From the NCBI GenBank assembly GCA_965140415.1, contig OZ223209.1:4096001-4160000 (forward strand): a DNA stretch of 64,000 nucleotides. Reading direction: 5' to 3'. The translations under genes were made by a program, and so were the position numbers. Below the pieces are notes generated by a model. It saw only the letters and a list, made by a program, of their open reading frames with translations. It was not told the origin of the DNA and made no database searches. Origin of the DNA: Myxococcota bacterium (GTDB taxonomy: Bacteria > Myxococcota_A > SURF-8). Within the stretch, counting starts at the first letter, position 1; every line of letters starts with the position of its first letter. Shown piece after piece: positions 28,629 to 38,494 of the stretch.

Positions 28629-28853
28629 AGGAGGCCCTCCGCTTGTAACCACACTGTATTTGTGGAACTTAACTACATGTGGTAATTTAGCATAAGGGCT
28701 ACAGTGATTCAAAAGAAAAACGGTGGGTATTACAGAGGCGGGGTTATGTTAAGTTTTTGTTATGTCAATACAATCCAACATTCTTTTTGCTTCCCCTAAT
28801 CCGCTTCCCTGGCGATCTCCCACCAGTGGCTGGAACCAAGCTCGAAGCTCGCA

Positions 28854-29047
28854 GACAGAGAAATGAATAACGGCGAGCAGCGCTACATACGAAAAAATAC
28901 GTTCAGATCCGTTAACTTAGAGCATATCCAGCCTTCCACACATCCTGCCTGATCAGCCCCGTCCACGGCCTTCTAAAAATTCTCTCGGTTTGCAGAGATT
29001 CTCTACTTAACGCCGCATTCAATTTATCGGACGGTCTGGCAAGGGGA
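28854..29047 (+). repeat. 194-bp direct repeat, copy 1
   Basis: GACAGAGAAATGAATAACGGCGAGCAGCGC..ATTCTCTCGGTTTGCAGAGATTCTCT..ATTCAATTTATCGGACGGTCTGGCAAGGGGA; matches 31991-32184. Confidence 0.9.
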
Positions 29048-29290
29048 CATTAATAGGCGACCCTGTTAACCCTGGTTGCCTGTTTGATGGCTGCTTCCTT
29101 CTTCTTCATCAGAAACAAAATATAGATTAAAGATGCAGATAATTTTCGTTCTGGTTATTAAAATATCAAGTAATCATTACATTAATTTCTCGCTGAATCG
29201 GTATCATACGGTAACGGATTGTTACCAATATTTGAATCATACATCCTTTTTTCGCTTGCGCTCGCGGCGCACGCCGGGCATGCTAAAGCC

Positions 29291-30169
29291 ATGAAACGCA
29301 CGCAACTCGACATTTTCGAATTCACCGATTTTCGCGACCTTCTCAGGGCGCGCTTCGAGGAACTGAAGGCCGAGGACGGCAAGTACTCTTACGCTTTCAT
29401 CGCCAGGCGCGCCGGGACGGATAACAGCGGCTGGCTTAAAATGGCGATATCCGGCAAGCGGAAACTCGGCGAGCAACAGGCACGCAAGCTCGCCCACGCT
29501 CTGGGCTTCGACCGCGATCAAAGCGCCTTCTTCCTCAATCTGGTAGATTTCAATCAGGCCCGGGACGAAGCCGCCCGCGCCGAGGCGCTGCAACGGTTGC
29601 GGCGCAAGCGCGGTTTCAAGTGCATTCACCGCGTGGAACTTAACCAACTCGATTACCTGACAAACCCGCTGGCGATGCTGCTGCGTGAGATGGTGGCGCT
29701 GCGCGACTTCAAGGAAGATCCTGACTGGATCGTCGCCAAGCTGCCCGCCCCGGTAAGCAAGGCAAAGATCCGCAAAACGTTGAAGGAACTGCTGCATATC
29801 GGACTCCTGGAACGGGATGCGGACGGAGGTCTGGTTCAGAAGCATGCCATCCAGTTTACCGGGCACGGCCTGAAGAATCATGCCTTGCTGACGTGCTACG
29901 ACAATCAATTTAAACAAGCATCCGAAGCGCTGCGACTTCCGGCAGCAGTCCGCAACTACGGCTTCATCACCATGACGCTTTCACCCAAGTCCTTTGCGAC
30001 CATTAACGAGAAACTGGAAACCCTGCGGCAGGAGATTTTCGAGATTCTGGAAGAAGACGACAATTGCGACCAGGTCTATCAGTACGTGATGGGTCTGTTC
30101 CCATTGACCGGGGTTGACGAATCCTGGTCCGATAACGACGCGTCCGAAAAAAAGAGGAAAAACAAGTGA
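29291..30169 (+). CDS. TIGR02147/DUF4423-family protein (putative DNA-binding regulator)
   Basis: DIFEFTDFRDLLRARFEE..YSYAFIARRAG..ISGKRKL..FFLNLVDFNQA..LREMV..VYQYVMGLFPLT. Confidence 0.82.
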   Translation: MKRTQLDIFEFTDFRDLLRARFEELKAEDGKYSYAFIARRAGTDNSGWLKMAISGKRKLGEQQARKLAHALGFDRDQSAFFLNLVDFNQARDEAARAEALQRLRRKRGFKCIHRVELNQLDYLTNPLAMLLREMVALRDFKEDPDWIVAKLPAPVSKAKIRKTLKELLHIGLLERDADGGLVQKHAIQFTGHGLKNHALLTCYDNQFKQASEALRLPAAVRNYGFITMTLSPKSFATINEKLETLRQEIFEILEEDDNCDQVYQYVMGLFPLTGVDESWSDNDASEKKRKNK

Positions 30170-30203
30170 ACCAAACGATTCGTCATGCAAAGGAGAGACG
30201 GAC

Positions 30204-31685
30204 ATGACCCATCATAACAAACGACCGATTTGGAGGTGGCTCGGCTTTCTGCTGATTGCACTGCTGCTGACGGTTTCCTGCACGGAAGGAACGGAAGTGA
30301 GCAGCTATGTCAAGCCCCTGATATTCATGGGCAGCGGCACCGGAGGTGGCAATCCGGGTCGCGTGGTGTTTTATTTCGCGCTTGAAGAAGGCGCGGCCCA
30401 GTGGGAAGGCACCACTCTGTACATCAACAGCCTGACGCTGCACGGCGAGGGCCCGTTCTCGACCGTGACCTTTGCGACCGCCGACAACAAGCCGCTGCCG
30501 GTGACCTTCTCTGTGGAGCGGCCCGCGGGCATCGCTTTCGATCCACCTGCGGAAACCCGCTTCGAGACACTGGCCTTTGGCGGCGATGCAAGCGATGACG
30601 ACGGCCTGAACGTGACCCTGTCGTACAAGGATCCGCAAGACGGGAACGTCACAAGCCGCGACATCAGCCTGAAGGAAGCGCTGACCTTCGAACTGGCGCA
30701 GGGCACAAGCCCCTGGCCGGAGGACGCCTACGGTTACATCGTGCATCTGCCGCTGAATGCCATCGACCTCGACGCGCCCGCTACGGCCGCCGAAATCCTG
30801 GCGCACCAGGCAGTGATGTACAACGATGGCAATGGCGATGGCTTGCTCAACGCCGATGAGCAGAACGACGCAAACAGCGCGGGCAAGACGCCTGCGCCGC
30901 CGGTCGAAACCGCCGCGACGAATGAAGACGGCGTCTGTGCCGACTGGACCGCTCGCGAGTTCGACATGGGCGAGGCATGCGAGACGAACGCCGATTGCAT
31001 GGACGGACGCGAATGCCACGACGGCCATTGCTACTTCCCCGAAGGTACCACCGTCGAATGCCAGACCGACTACGGTATCTGCCACATGTTCGAAACCGAA
31101 ACGCCAGAGGGCCTGGCCGAGCAGATCCAGTGTGTCTGTCCGGGTGCGACCGCCAGCGGCGCGGGTGCATTTATCGGCAACGGCTACTCGGAACCCGAGG
31201 ATTATCTGTTCTCCGAACCACTGACGCAGGCCTATTGCGAGCAGATGACCCGCGCCTACTGCGACGCGGGAGAGGGTCTGAACCGCAGCTGTGATCTTGA
31301 CGCGCTTTGCACCGATGAGGGCGCAGCCCTGTGTGGTGCATTCTTCGACAACCTGACGTCCTGCTATGCAGGCCTGGCACAACCAAACGATTACCTGTCG
31401 GCGGTGTGCTGCGAGGCGGTCAATATTTACGGCTCGGAGGTGTTCGAAGGTTTCATCAACTGCATGCAGGACAATGCTTGTGAGAACTGGCAGGCCACCT
31501 GCTTCGATTTCGAGTTGAACTGCGAGCAGTTCGGCGGCCCGCCCGCGACCTACGAACGGACACGGCTGGTGCTGCTTTCGATCCTGGCTCCGTATGCCGA
31601 AGCAAATGACGGGGTTTACCCCAACGGCGCCAACACCCTGCGCGCCTGCGGCGTAACATCGGACACGGAGGAAGGAAGCGAGTAG
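30204..31685 (+). CDS. Hypothetical lipoprotein with Cys-rich C-terminal half
   Basis: AGGAG RBS, lipobox TVSC, EF-hand-like DGNGDGLLNADE, CETNADC..C motifs. Confidence 0.75.
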   Translation: MTHHNKRPIWRWLGFLLIALLLTVSCTEGTEVSSYVKPLIFMGSGTGGGNPGRVVFYFALEEGAAQWEGTTLYINSLTLHGEGPFSTVTFATADNKPLPVTFSVERPAGIAFDPPAETRFETLAFGGDASDDDGLNVTLSYKDPQDGNVTSRDISLKEALTFELAQGTSPWPEDAYGYIVHLPLNAIDLDAPATAAEILAHQAVMYNDGNGDGLLNADEQNDANSAGKTPAPPVETAATNEDGVCADWTAREFDMGEACETNADCMDGRECHDGHCYFPEGTTVECQTDYGICHMFETETPEGLAEQIQCVCPGATASGAGAFIGNGYSEPEDYLFSEPLTQAYCEQMTRAYCDAGEGLNRSCDLDALCTDEGAALCGAFFDNLTSCYAGLAQPNDYLSAVCCEAVNIYGSEVFEGFINCMQDNACENWQATCFDFELNCEQFGGPPATYERTRLVLLSILAPYAEANDGVYPNGANTLRACGVTSDTEEGSE

Positions 31686-31734
31686 AAGAGCCCCGGCTGG
31701 AATTAGACGGCAACCAATACCGGTCGCATGAAAT

Positions 31735-31781
31735 AGCCGAAAGCTCGTCCGCCGTTCAAACGGCGGGCGGGCAATTCGGCT
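31735..31781. terminator. Strong GC stem-loop after the lipoprotein gene
   Basis: AGCCGAA-A-GCTCGTCCGCCGT-TCAA-ACGGCGGGCGGGC-AA-TTCGGCT. Confidence 0.6.
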
Positions 31782-31990
31782 TGTGGAATCAGCCACTTCG
31801 TAATCCTTATAATTTGATTATCGAGATCCGGGTTTTCTCTACGGTAACCTTGTGGGGGGTGGTTGGAGTTGTTCCAGCCATGAATTCTCAGCCAGCTGCA
31901 CCTCATTTTTTCACGACGGTCGCTTCCGAGCGGCACGGCCAATCCTCAAATCCGGCCTTATCTTTCGCGTGGGTTGGTTCCGCCGAAACG

Positions 31991-32184
31991 GACAGAGAAA
32001 TGAATAACGGCGAGCAGCGCGAACATACAATAAAACCTATCATATCCGTTAACTTAGAACATATTCAGTCTCCCACACATCCTGCCTGATCTGCCCCATC
32101 CACGGCCTTTCCGAAATTCTCTCGGTTTGCAGAGATTCTCTGCTTAAGGCCGCATTCAATTTATCGGACGGTCCGGCAAGGGGA
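31991..32184 (+). repeat. 194-bp direct repeat, copy 2
   Basis: Roughly 85-90% identical by eye to 28854-29047; overlaps the end of the recombinase relic frame. Confidence 0.9.
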
Positions 32185-32910
32185 GCCAATACACTCTCCG
32201 GGCAAAACTTGCATAACAGCGGTTTTGCCCGGTTTGCTTTTTATGCTCAAACTTGTCAATCGACACGGAGATTTGCCTAAATATATAGGAGATTCACAAG
32301 TCGACTGACAACTTCGGTCCATACCGTTAGTATTACTTGACTTTTTCGACTTCTTCGCGGGCTTATTCTGTCCGCTTCCACCGCCAGAATGGCCGCCACC
32401 GGGGGAGTTTTTCGGTCCTTTGCTGTCAAGAACCTGCTCGATACCCTTACCTTCCAAAAGCTTCACTCTGACCTTTTTCCCATCGTAGGTGATCCCGTCT
32501 ACGAGTAACCGCACAAGTTCCTTCTGCTCTCCAGGCGTCAATACGTCCCAAACTGCATCGAATTTCTGGAGCAGTTCCTTGACGACTTCAGCATTGACGG
32601 TACGGGCTTCCTCATCACGAATCCGGTCTTCAAGTGTTTTGATTTCGATGTCGATAGCATCCAACTGTTCATCGAAATCCTGTATCTGGGCCTTGATGAC
32701 CTTTGATGCCTTCCCGGTCTGTCCGATAACCTTGAGAACCTGGCGTGCTTCTTTCTCGATGGTCGTACGGCGCTTGGCAAGCGCTGATTTCTTCTTCGAT
32801 AGCTTTGGAATAGCCTGCTGAACGGAAGCGTTCACTTCTGCGATCACCTGGTCAATGAACTCCGGCTTTCGGGCCAGTTCACGAATGCCGTGCACAACAC
32901 GGTCAATCAG
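32161..32910 (-). pseudogene. C-terminal fragment (coiled coil and tail) of a large serine recombinase
   Basis: VVHGIRELARKPEFIDQV..coiled coil..LQKFDAVWDVLTPGEQKELVRLLVDGITYD; catalytic, recombinase and Zn-ribbon parts are absent. Confidence 0.7.
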
Positions 32911-33297
32911 ATCAAGGTCGGCTTCCTGGCCAGCGTGGAACGTGATGAAACGCTGGAAAAGGAGCTGCACGACAAGGTCCACGCGCCCGCCGCTCCCTGG
33001 GGACTGATCTGGCCGGATGAGGAATTCGGTTTCGGTACCGGTCATCACTTTTCCGGACATACTGACAACGAACCAATCGACGATGACATCCTTGCTGAAC
33101 TGCAGATGGTCGGTTTGAGTACAGATCAAGCAGTTGAACTGCTCGACGCTATTGATGACTGGCTAGGCGACCTGGACGAGTCCTGGGTCATCCTGGACGG
33201 CGTCCTCGGCGGCGATGGCCGATCAGTCGATCCATGGTCCGTGCTGCAGGTGCTGGGGGAATGGGGAATTGTGGGCGGTGCACATCATGTGGTTTGA
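32910..33297 (+). pseudogene. 5'-truncated acidic hypothetical gene fragment abutting the recombinase relic
   Basis: Host-like codon usage frame (LEKELHDKVHAP..LLDAIDDWLGDL..HHVV*) with no convincing start or RBS. Confidence 0.35.
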
Positions 33298-33371
33298 TAA
33301 AGGAGCGATGCTCATGGGAAGGGGCGCGAGCCTCTTCTTTTAGTTCCGATCACAGTGCTATCCAGAAGTTG

Positions 33372-34640
33372 TCACTTAGCAAATGGCCAAACCGTCTCGA
33401 CCATCGCCCCTCCGAGGGGTGAATCGGAAATGGCCAGATGGCCTCCGTGCCGTTGCATGATTCGGCTGACGATGGCCAGGCCAAGGCCCACACCGCCTGT
33501 CCTGCGTCCGCGGTCGGCATTGAGACGGACGAAAGGAGCCAAGACCTTCTCGCGCAGTTCTTCCGGAATGCCGGGTCCATCGTCGTGAATGGCCACGCTG
33601 ACCTGTTCGTTTTCCTCCTTAAGCTCAAGCCAAACCCTGTTTCGTGCATGGCGAACGGCGTTTCTCAACAGGTTCTCGATCGCCCGCTGAAAGAGACGCT
33701 GATCGGCATGAATGCTCGCGGTGACCGGCAGCTCAAGCTTTACCTCAACGTTTCGGCCTTCCGGCGCCTCCAGTTCCGCCAACTCGGTCAAATCGGTCAG
33801 GCTTTGGGTTGGGTCAAAGGTTCGGCGATCAATTTCGATCTCATCGGACTGCACGTAGCTCAATAACTCCGCCACAAGATCGTCCAAGGCGTCGAGCTCA
33901 AGCGTCATCGCCTGGAGCCGCTCTTCGCGCTTCTCCTCCGATTGATTGGCAAGCAACTCCATTTGGAACCGAAGCCTGGAAAGCGGCGAGCCGAGTTCGT
34001 GTGATACTGCCTGCACAAGTTCATCGCGACTTCGGATCAATCGCTCCACTCGTTCGGCCATTTCGTTGAAACTGGCAGCCAACTCGTTGGATGGGCTTCC
34101 CTGGTCATCCACTCGAATGGTCAGTTCCCCTGCCGCTAAAGCTTTATTCGCGCTTTCGACCTTCCGGAGTTGGTATTCGACACGCAGAGCCACCAAACCG
34201 GCGATAAGAGGCAGACCAATGATCGCGATAATCACTCCAATAGGAAAGAATCCTTGAGGAGGAGAGAATGGATTGACCGGACCGGCGGCCAGAGCCGATT
34301 GACCATTATTGAATACCAGATAATACCACTCCTCCCGTGGAGAAACCCTGTGTGGAATCCGTTCACCTCGCTTCACATGGCGACCGACAAATCGCTCGAC
34401 CTCAGCCAGGGAGACAATTCCCAAATCGACACCGAAATGAGGTTGGAGTTCGTGCAACCGTGAGACCCGGTTCGCGTCCGGCTCCTGGTCGAGGATTTCA
34501 TGAACCAGGAACACACCTTCATGTCGAGCTCTCTGATTCGTCCAGGACAGGGTTTGAGCGTAGGCGATCAGAATAGCAAACCCGATCGCCCAACTCATAA
34601 GAACACTCACAATGACCAGGCGTATAAACGAACGTCTCAT
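33372..34640 (-). CDS. Membrane sensor histidine kinase (HAMP-HisKA-HATPase, RstB/CpxA-like)
   Basis: Two TM, ASFNEMAERVE, VSHELGSPL, NLLRNA, DDGPGIP, GVGLGLAIV. Confidence 0.92.
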   Translation of the reverse strand: MRRSFIRLVIVSVLMSWAIGFAILIAYAQTLSWTNQRARHEGVFLVHEILDQEPDANRVSRLHELQPHFGVDLGIVSLAEVERFVGRHVKRGERIPHRVSPREEWYYLVFNNGQSALAAGPVNPFSPPQGFFPIGVIIAIIGLPLIAGLVALRVEYQLRKVESANKALAAGELTIRVDDQGSPSNELAASFNEMAERVERLIRSRDELVQAVSHELGSPLSRLRFQMELLANQSEEKREERLQAMTLELDALDDLVAELLSYVQSDEIEIDRRTFDPTQSLTDLTELAELEAPEGRNVEVKLELPVTASIHADQRLFQRAIENLLRNAVRHARNRVWLELKEENEQVSVAIHDDGPGIPEELREKVLAPFVRLNADRGRRTGGVGLGLAIVSRIMQRHGGHLAISDSPLGGAMVETVWPFAK

Positions 34641-35347
34641 CGGGAAACCAATAGGTACCCTGCACTTCGCACAGACTTGAGCTGGTTCGGATCGAAACCG
34701 GCCTGTTGAAGTTTCTGCCGAATACGGCTCACGTGCACATCCATACCTCGGTTAATGCCGTCGTATTCAACTTCCATGATATCCAAATAAAGATCCTCTC
34801 GCTTTACCACACTCCCTGCGTCCCTTGCTAGCATGGAAAGTATGTCGAACTCCATTGTGGTCAGTGCCACCGGCCGCCCATTGATGCTGACTTCACGTGA
34901 TCGCATGTCGAGTCGTAGTGGTCCTATGTCGATAATGTCATTGATGGCCTCATTTTTTAACGTCCGGACATCATTGAAACGACGCAACTGAGTTCGGATT
35001 CGCGCCAGAAGAATCCTTGGTTCAATCGGCTTGTTTACGAAGTCATCAGCCCCGAGTTCTAAACCGGCCACATGGTCCGATTCACTCTGGCTTGCAGTAA
35101 GCATCAATATGGCTCCAGAATACGTGCCTCGAACCTGACGGCAGACGTCCAGACCACCGATTCCAGGTAACATCAGGTCCAGGATAACAAGGTCAGGGCT
35201 GTTTTTTAGAATCGCTGAAACCCCATCTTCCCCTGTCGCTACTCGTGTAAGCTCGTAACCTTGCAGACCGAGATATTCCATCAGCAGTTCTGCCAACTGG
35301 TCGTCATCTTCAACGATGAGAATATGCGCCATATCATTCTTCATCAT
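34637..35347 (-). CDS. OmpR-family response regulator (RstA-like)
   Basis: ILIVEDD, LDLMLPG, GADDFVNKP, MDVHVSRIRQKL, SVRSAGY. Confidence 0.93.
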   Translation of the reverse strand: MMKNDMAHILIVEDDDQLAELLMEYLGLQGYELTRVATGEDGVSAILKNSPDLVILDLMLPGIGGLDVCRQVRGTYSGAILMLTASQSESDHVAGLELGADDFVNKPIEPRILLARIRTQLRRFNDVRTLKNEAINDIIDIGPLRLDMRSREVSINGRPVALTTMEFDILSMLARDAGSVVKREDLYLDIMEVEYDGINRGMDVHVSRIRQKLQQAGFDPNQLKSVRSAGYLLVSR

Positions 35348-35513
35348 TCACAAAGTATACCTTATCCAAATGATCGCGCAAGCTACAATGCCCTTCTCTA
35401 CAAAACTCAATATTTCTCATATTGTATCAAGCAATTCGACATTCTAGAATTATCGCCAGACGGATAGATGAACCGATGAACACCGTAACGATGACACGTA
35501 ACCGCAGGAGAGA

Positions 35514-37682
35514 ATGATGAAGAAACTACTGCCCTTACTCTTTTGTGCGCTTGGCTTGTTGGCGCTCACGACCGGCTGTTCCTCCGACGCAAAAGCGGAA
35601 TCCACCCCTTCATTGGATGATGGAGACACTTCAATGGAAGACGGAGACACCCCGTCAGAAGATGGCGACACTCCTTTGGAAGACGGAGATACATCGTTGG
35701 AAGACCTTTACAGAGACCTGTATCTTGAGGGTGGCGAACCGCCGGAGATTCCTGAAGGGCAAATGTGGGAGATGCTCGGAACCCAGATGGCGACCTTGAG
35801 AGAAACAGAGGCGCTCGTTCGGCAGAGCCTCCTCAATAAGGGCATGATCACCGTTATGATATGTGGCGCTAATTCTCCCCTTCCAACGACACCGGGCGCG
35901 CAAGCCTGCACCGCCGTATTTGTCAATGGACAGTTCCTGCTGTTTGACGCCGGCGATGGCGCCCAGCGATCCATGGAAGACCTTGATTTGCCAGTGGCTG
36001 ACCTTTCCGCCGTATTTATCACCCATTACCATAACGATCACGTTGCGGACATCGGAGAGGTGATTGAGCGAAGTTGGACTCTGGGACGCCGCCATAAGGT
36101 TTCGGTATATGGCGGTGAAGGGTTGACGCAATTCATCAAAGGCATCGAGGATACATACGAGATCGACTACGGAGTCCGAGAAGCTCATCATGGCGAAACA
36201 TTTCTTCCCAGAGAATATTTAGAAGTGGACGCCAATCCCATCGACCTCGCTGAAGGAGAGAGTGTCGTCGTTTACGAACGTGACGGGGTCGTCGTCACGG
36301 CGTTTGACGTCCATCATCCGCCTGTCGAACCGGCGATGGGGTTTACCGTCACCTATGCGGGAAAGAAAATCGTGATCAGCGGAGACACGGCCTATACGGA
36401 AACCCTGGAGCAGCATAGCGAGAATGCCGATGTGCTGGTCAGCGATGTCATGAACCATGAAGCTGTGACTGCCATGGAAGCGGTCAGCGCAGCAAATGGT
36501 TGGTACCGCAACGCGATTATATTCCGTGACATCAAAGAGTACCATATCGATGTCAATGAACTCGGGAAGTTGGCTCAAGACAGCGGTGTTAAAACCTTGC
36601 TGCTGACGCATATGATTCCCTACATGGACAATGATACCGTCCGGAATCTCTGGTACAACATCCCAATTATGACAAAGTATTCGGGAAACTTCCGTATCTC
36701 TCATGATGGTGCGATGGTGAAAATGCGTCTGGCAAAGCCCGATGGACGCGAAATCATCACCGAATACTATGACAGCGGCGCCTTGCGCAGCGAGGTCTCC
36801 TACCTTGGTGACATCAAGGATGGCATTGGGCTTACCTGGTATGAAAATGGTGACCTCAAGAGCGAAATCAACTGGACAATGGGTTCCGGCCAGGCGGTGA
36901 ATTATGACAGAAATGGCGCGTTGATACAGCCGAGTATCCATCCGGATTATTCAGGGAAAACCTTCACGCTGCACGATAAAAAAGCGCTTATCATCACAAC
37001 CAGCGTTTCGACCCTGGGAGAGGACGGAGCGGCGACGGGCGTGTTTGCTTCGGAAATGACGGCGCCTTACTACGAGTTTTCAGATGCAGGCATGCAGGTG
37101 GATGTGGCCAGTATTGAAGGAGGCGAGATACCGATCGATCCACAATCCTTCCTGCCGGCCATCATATCAAAATACGACGAACGTTACCGGAATGATCCGG
37201 TCTTCAAGGACAAGACAAACAACTCGCTGAAGATCGACGACCTTGATTTCACGGATTACGACGTCGTCTATCTGGCCGGCGGCTGGGGGGCGGCCTATGA
37301 CCTGGGGTTTTCTGAGGTTCTGGGCGAGAAGATCTCCTTAGCCTACCAGGCCGGGATACCGCTCGGGGCCGTATGCCATGGTCCGCTCGGCTTCCTGAAC
37401 GCCAGGGATGAGAGCGGAATACTTTTGGTTGAAGGGCGCCGGATGACGGGTGTCACGGACAAACAGGTATCGGAGTTGGGGATTGAAATGACTCCGCAGC
37501 ATCCGGAGACCGAGCTAAGAAATGCCGGTGCGATTTTTGAGAGCATCACCTCAACCAGTGATTTCATGGCCAATTATGTCGTCTCTGACGGTCTCATCGT
37601 GACGGGGCAGAATCAGAATTCCGGAGCTGAGACGGCACATTGGTTGATGGAGTTGATTGAGGCGGCAAGCGAAAGACGCTGA
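35514..37682 (+). CDS. Lipoprotein fusion: RNase Z/AtsA-like MBL hydrolase + MORN-variant repeats + DJ-1/PfpI domain
   Basis: Lipobox TTGC; DGDTxxE x4; LFDAGDG, THYHNDH, ISGDT, LLTHMIP; YYDSGALRSE..WYENGDLKSE; GVFASEMTAPY, AGGWGAAYD, AVCHGP, TGQNQNS. Confidence 0.85.
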   Translation: MMKKLLPLLFCALGLLALTTGCSSDAKAESTPSLDDGDTSMEDGDTPSEDGDTPLEDGDTSLEDLYRDLYLEGGEPPEIPEGQMWEMLGTQMATLRETEALVRQSLLNKGMITVMICGANSPLPTTPGAQACTAVFVNGQFLLFDAGDGAQRSMEDLDLPVADLSAVFITHYHNDHVADIGEVIERSWTLGRRHKVSVYGGEGLTQFIKGIEDTYEIDYGVREAHHGETFLPREYLEVDANPIDLAEGESVVVYERDGVVVTAFDVHHPPVEPAMGFTVTYAGKKIVISGDTAYTETLEQHSENADVLVSDVMNHEAVTAMEAVSAANGWYRNAIIFRDIKEYHIDVNELGKLAQDSGVKTLLLTHMIPYMDNDTVRNLWYNIPIMTKYSGNFRISHDGAMVKMRLAKPDGREIITEYYDSGALRSEVSYLGDIKDGIGLTWYENGDLKSEINWTMGSGQAVNYDRNGALIQPSIHPDYSGKTFTLHDKKALIITTSVSTLGEDGAATGVFASEMTAPYYEFSDAGMQVDVASIEGGEIPIDPQSFLPAIISKYDERYRNDPVFKDKTNNSLKIDDLDFTDYDVVYLAGGWGAAYDLGFSEVLGEKISLAYQAGIPLGAVCHGPLGFLNARDESGILLVEGRRMTGVTDKQVSELGIEMTPQHPETELRNAGAIFESITSTSDFMANYVVSDGLIVTGQNQNSGAETAHWLMELIEAASERR

Positions 37683-37705
37683 TGGCAATGAAAGCGAGGA
37701 GAACC

Positions 37706-38476
37706 ATGAAAGCTGTGAATCTAGGATGGCTTTTGCTGATTTGCATAGCCCTGATCGCCTGCAGCGATGAGGATAAGGCCAATACACCAGACGGTGATAC
37801 CGACCAACTAGACGGCGATTCCACCGACAATGAAGCCATTGACGGAGACGGCGAAAGCGAACAGTCCGGTGGTGATGAGGACATCGCCGAGACCGACTCC
37901 GATGAAGAAGATGTCCCCAGAGTCGGCTACGAAATCCTGCAGATCCTGTCCATGAATGAAATCGTTGTTTGGATCAGCACGGAGATCACCCAGGAGGAGT
38001 TCGACGCTATTGATGCGCCGCCCATGGAATGGATCAAGAACGAACCTCGCGAGGGCGACCCGGACGGGGCTTTCTTTGCCCGCTCACCAGATTCAACAGT
38101 AAATGGCGAGTTTACCTATGAGGAGCATTTCGGCCACGAGTGGATGCACAACGCCACGGTCATCGAAGCCAACACACCACTGGATGATGACGGTCTGCTC
38201 AGGCTCAGCCGCGTTGCCAAGTTTCATACGGTGACCTTCAACGCCGGTCGGACATTGAAGGTGCTTGTCTCGCCGGATGGCGGGCAGTACGTGCGCATCT
38301 CCCGCGATGCCTTCCGCACGGTTGAAGAACCGACCCTGCCTGACGGATGGTCCATCGTGGACTACGTAACACCTGAACTACTGGAAATAGAGTTGCCCAA
38401 TCCGACGGACAACATTCGCTGCGACAATGAAGATTCGTTCCAGGGACCATTGCCCGACCTGCCGCTGGGTGAATAG
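37706..38476 (+). CDS. Hypothetical lipoprotein with DGD linker and uncharacterised domain
   Basis: GAGGAG RBS, lipobox LIAC; YEIL..KNEPR..LVSPDG..LPDGW, similar to the middle domain of the next gene. Confidence 0.75.
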   Translation: MKAVNLGWLLLICIALIACSDEDKANTPDGDTDQLDGDSTDNEAIDGDGESEQSGGDEDIAETDSDEEDVPRVGYEILQILSMNEIVVWISTEITQEEFDAIDAPPMEWIKNEPREGDPDGAFFARSPDSTVNGEFTYEEHFGHEWMHNATVIEANTPLDDDGLLRLSRVAKFHTVTFNAGRTLKVLVSPDGGQYVRISRDAFRTVEEPTLPDGWSIVDYVTPELLEIELPNPTDNIRCDNEDSFQGPLPDLPLGE

Positions 38477-38494
38477 AGGAAAGAGAGGATACCG

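Noticed and set aside
30183-31796. 537-aa minus-strand ORF
   Set aside because: Antisense shadow of the lipoprotein, which has an RBS and a lipobox.
32165-32190. tRNA gene
   Set aside because: Only a 3'-end-like GGGGAGCCA is present; there is no TTCG T-loop or cloverleaf.
32161-33129. Intact 322-aa protein as in the ORF track
   Set aside because: The N-terminal ~70 aa are antisense to another fragment; only the recombinase C-terminal part looks genuine.
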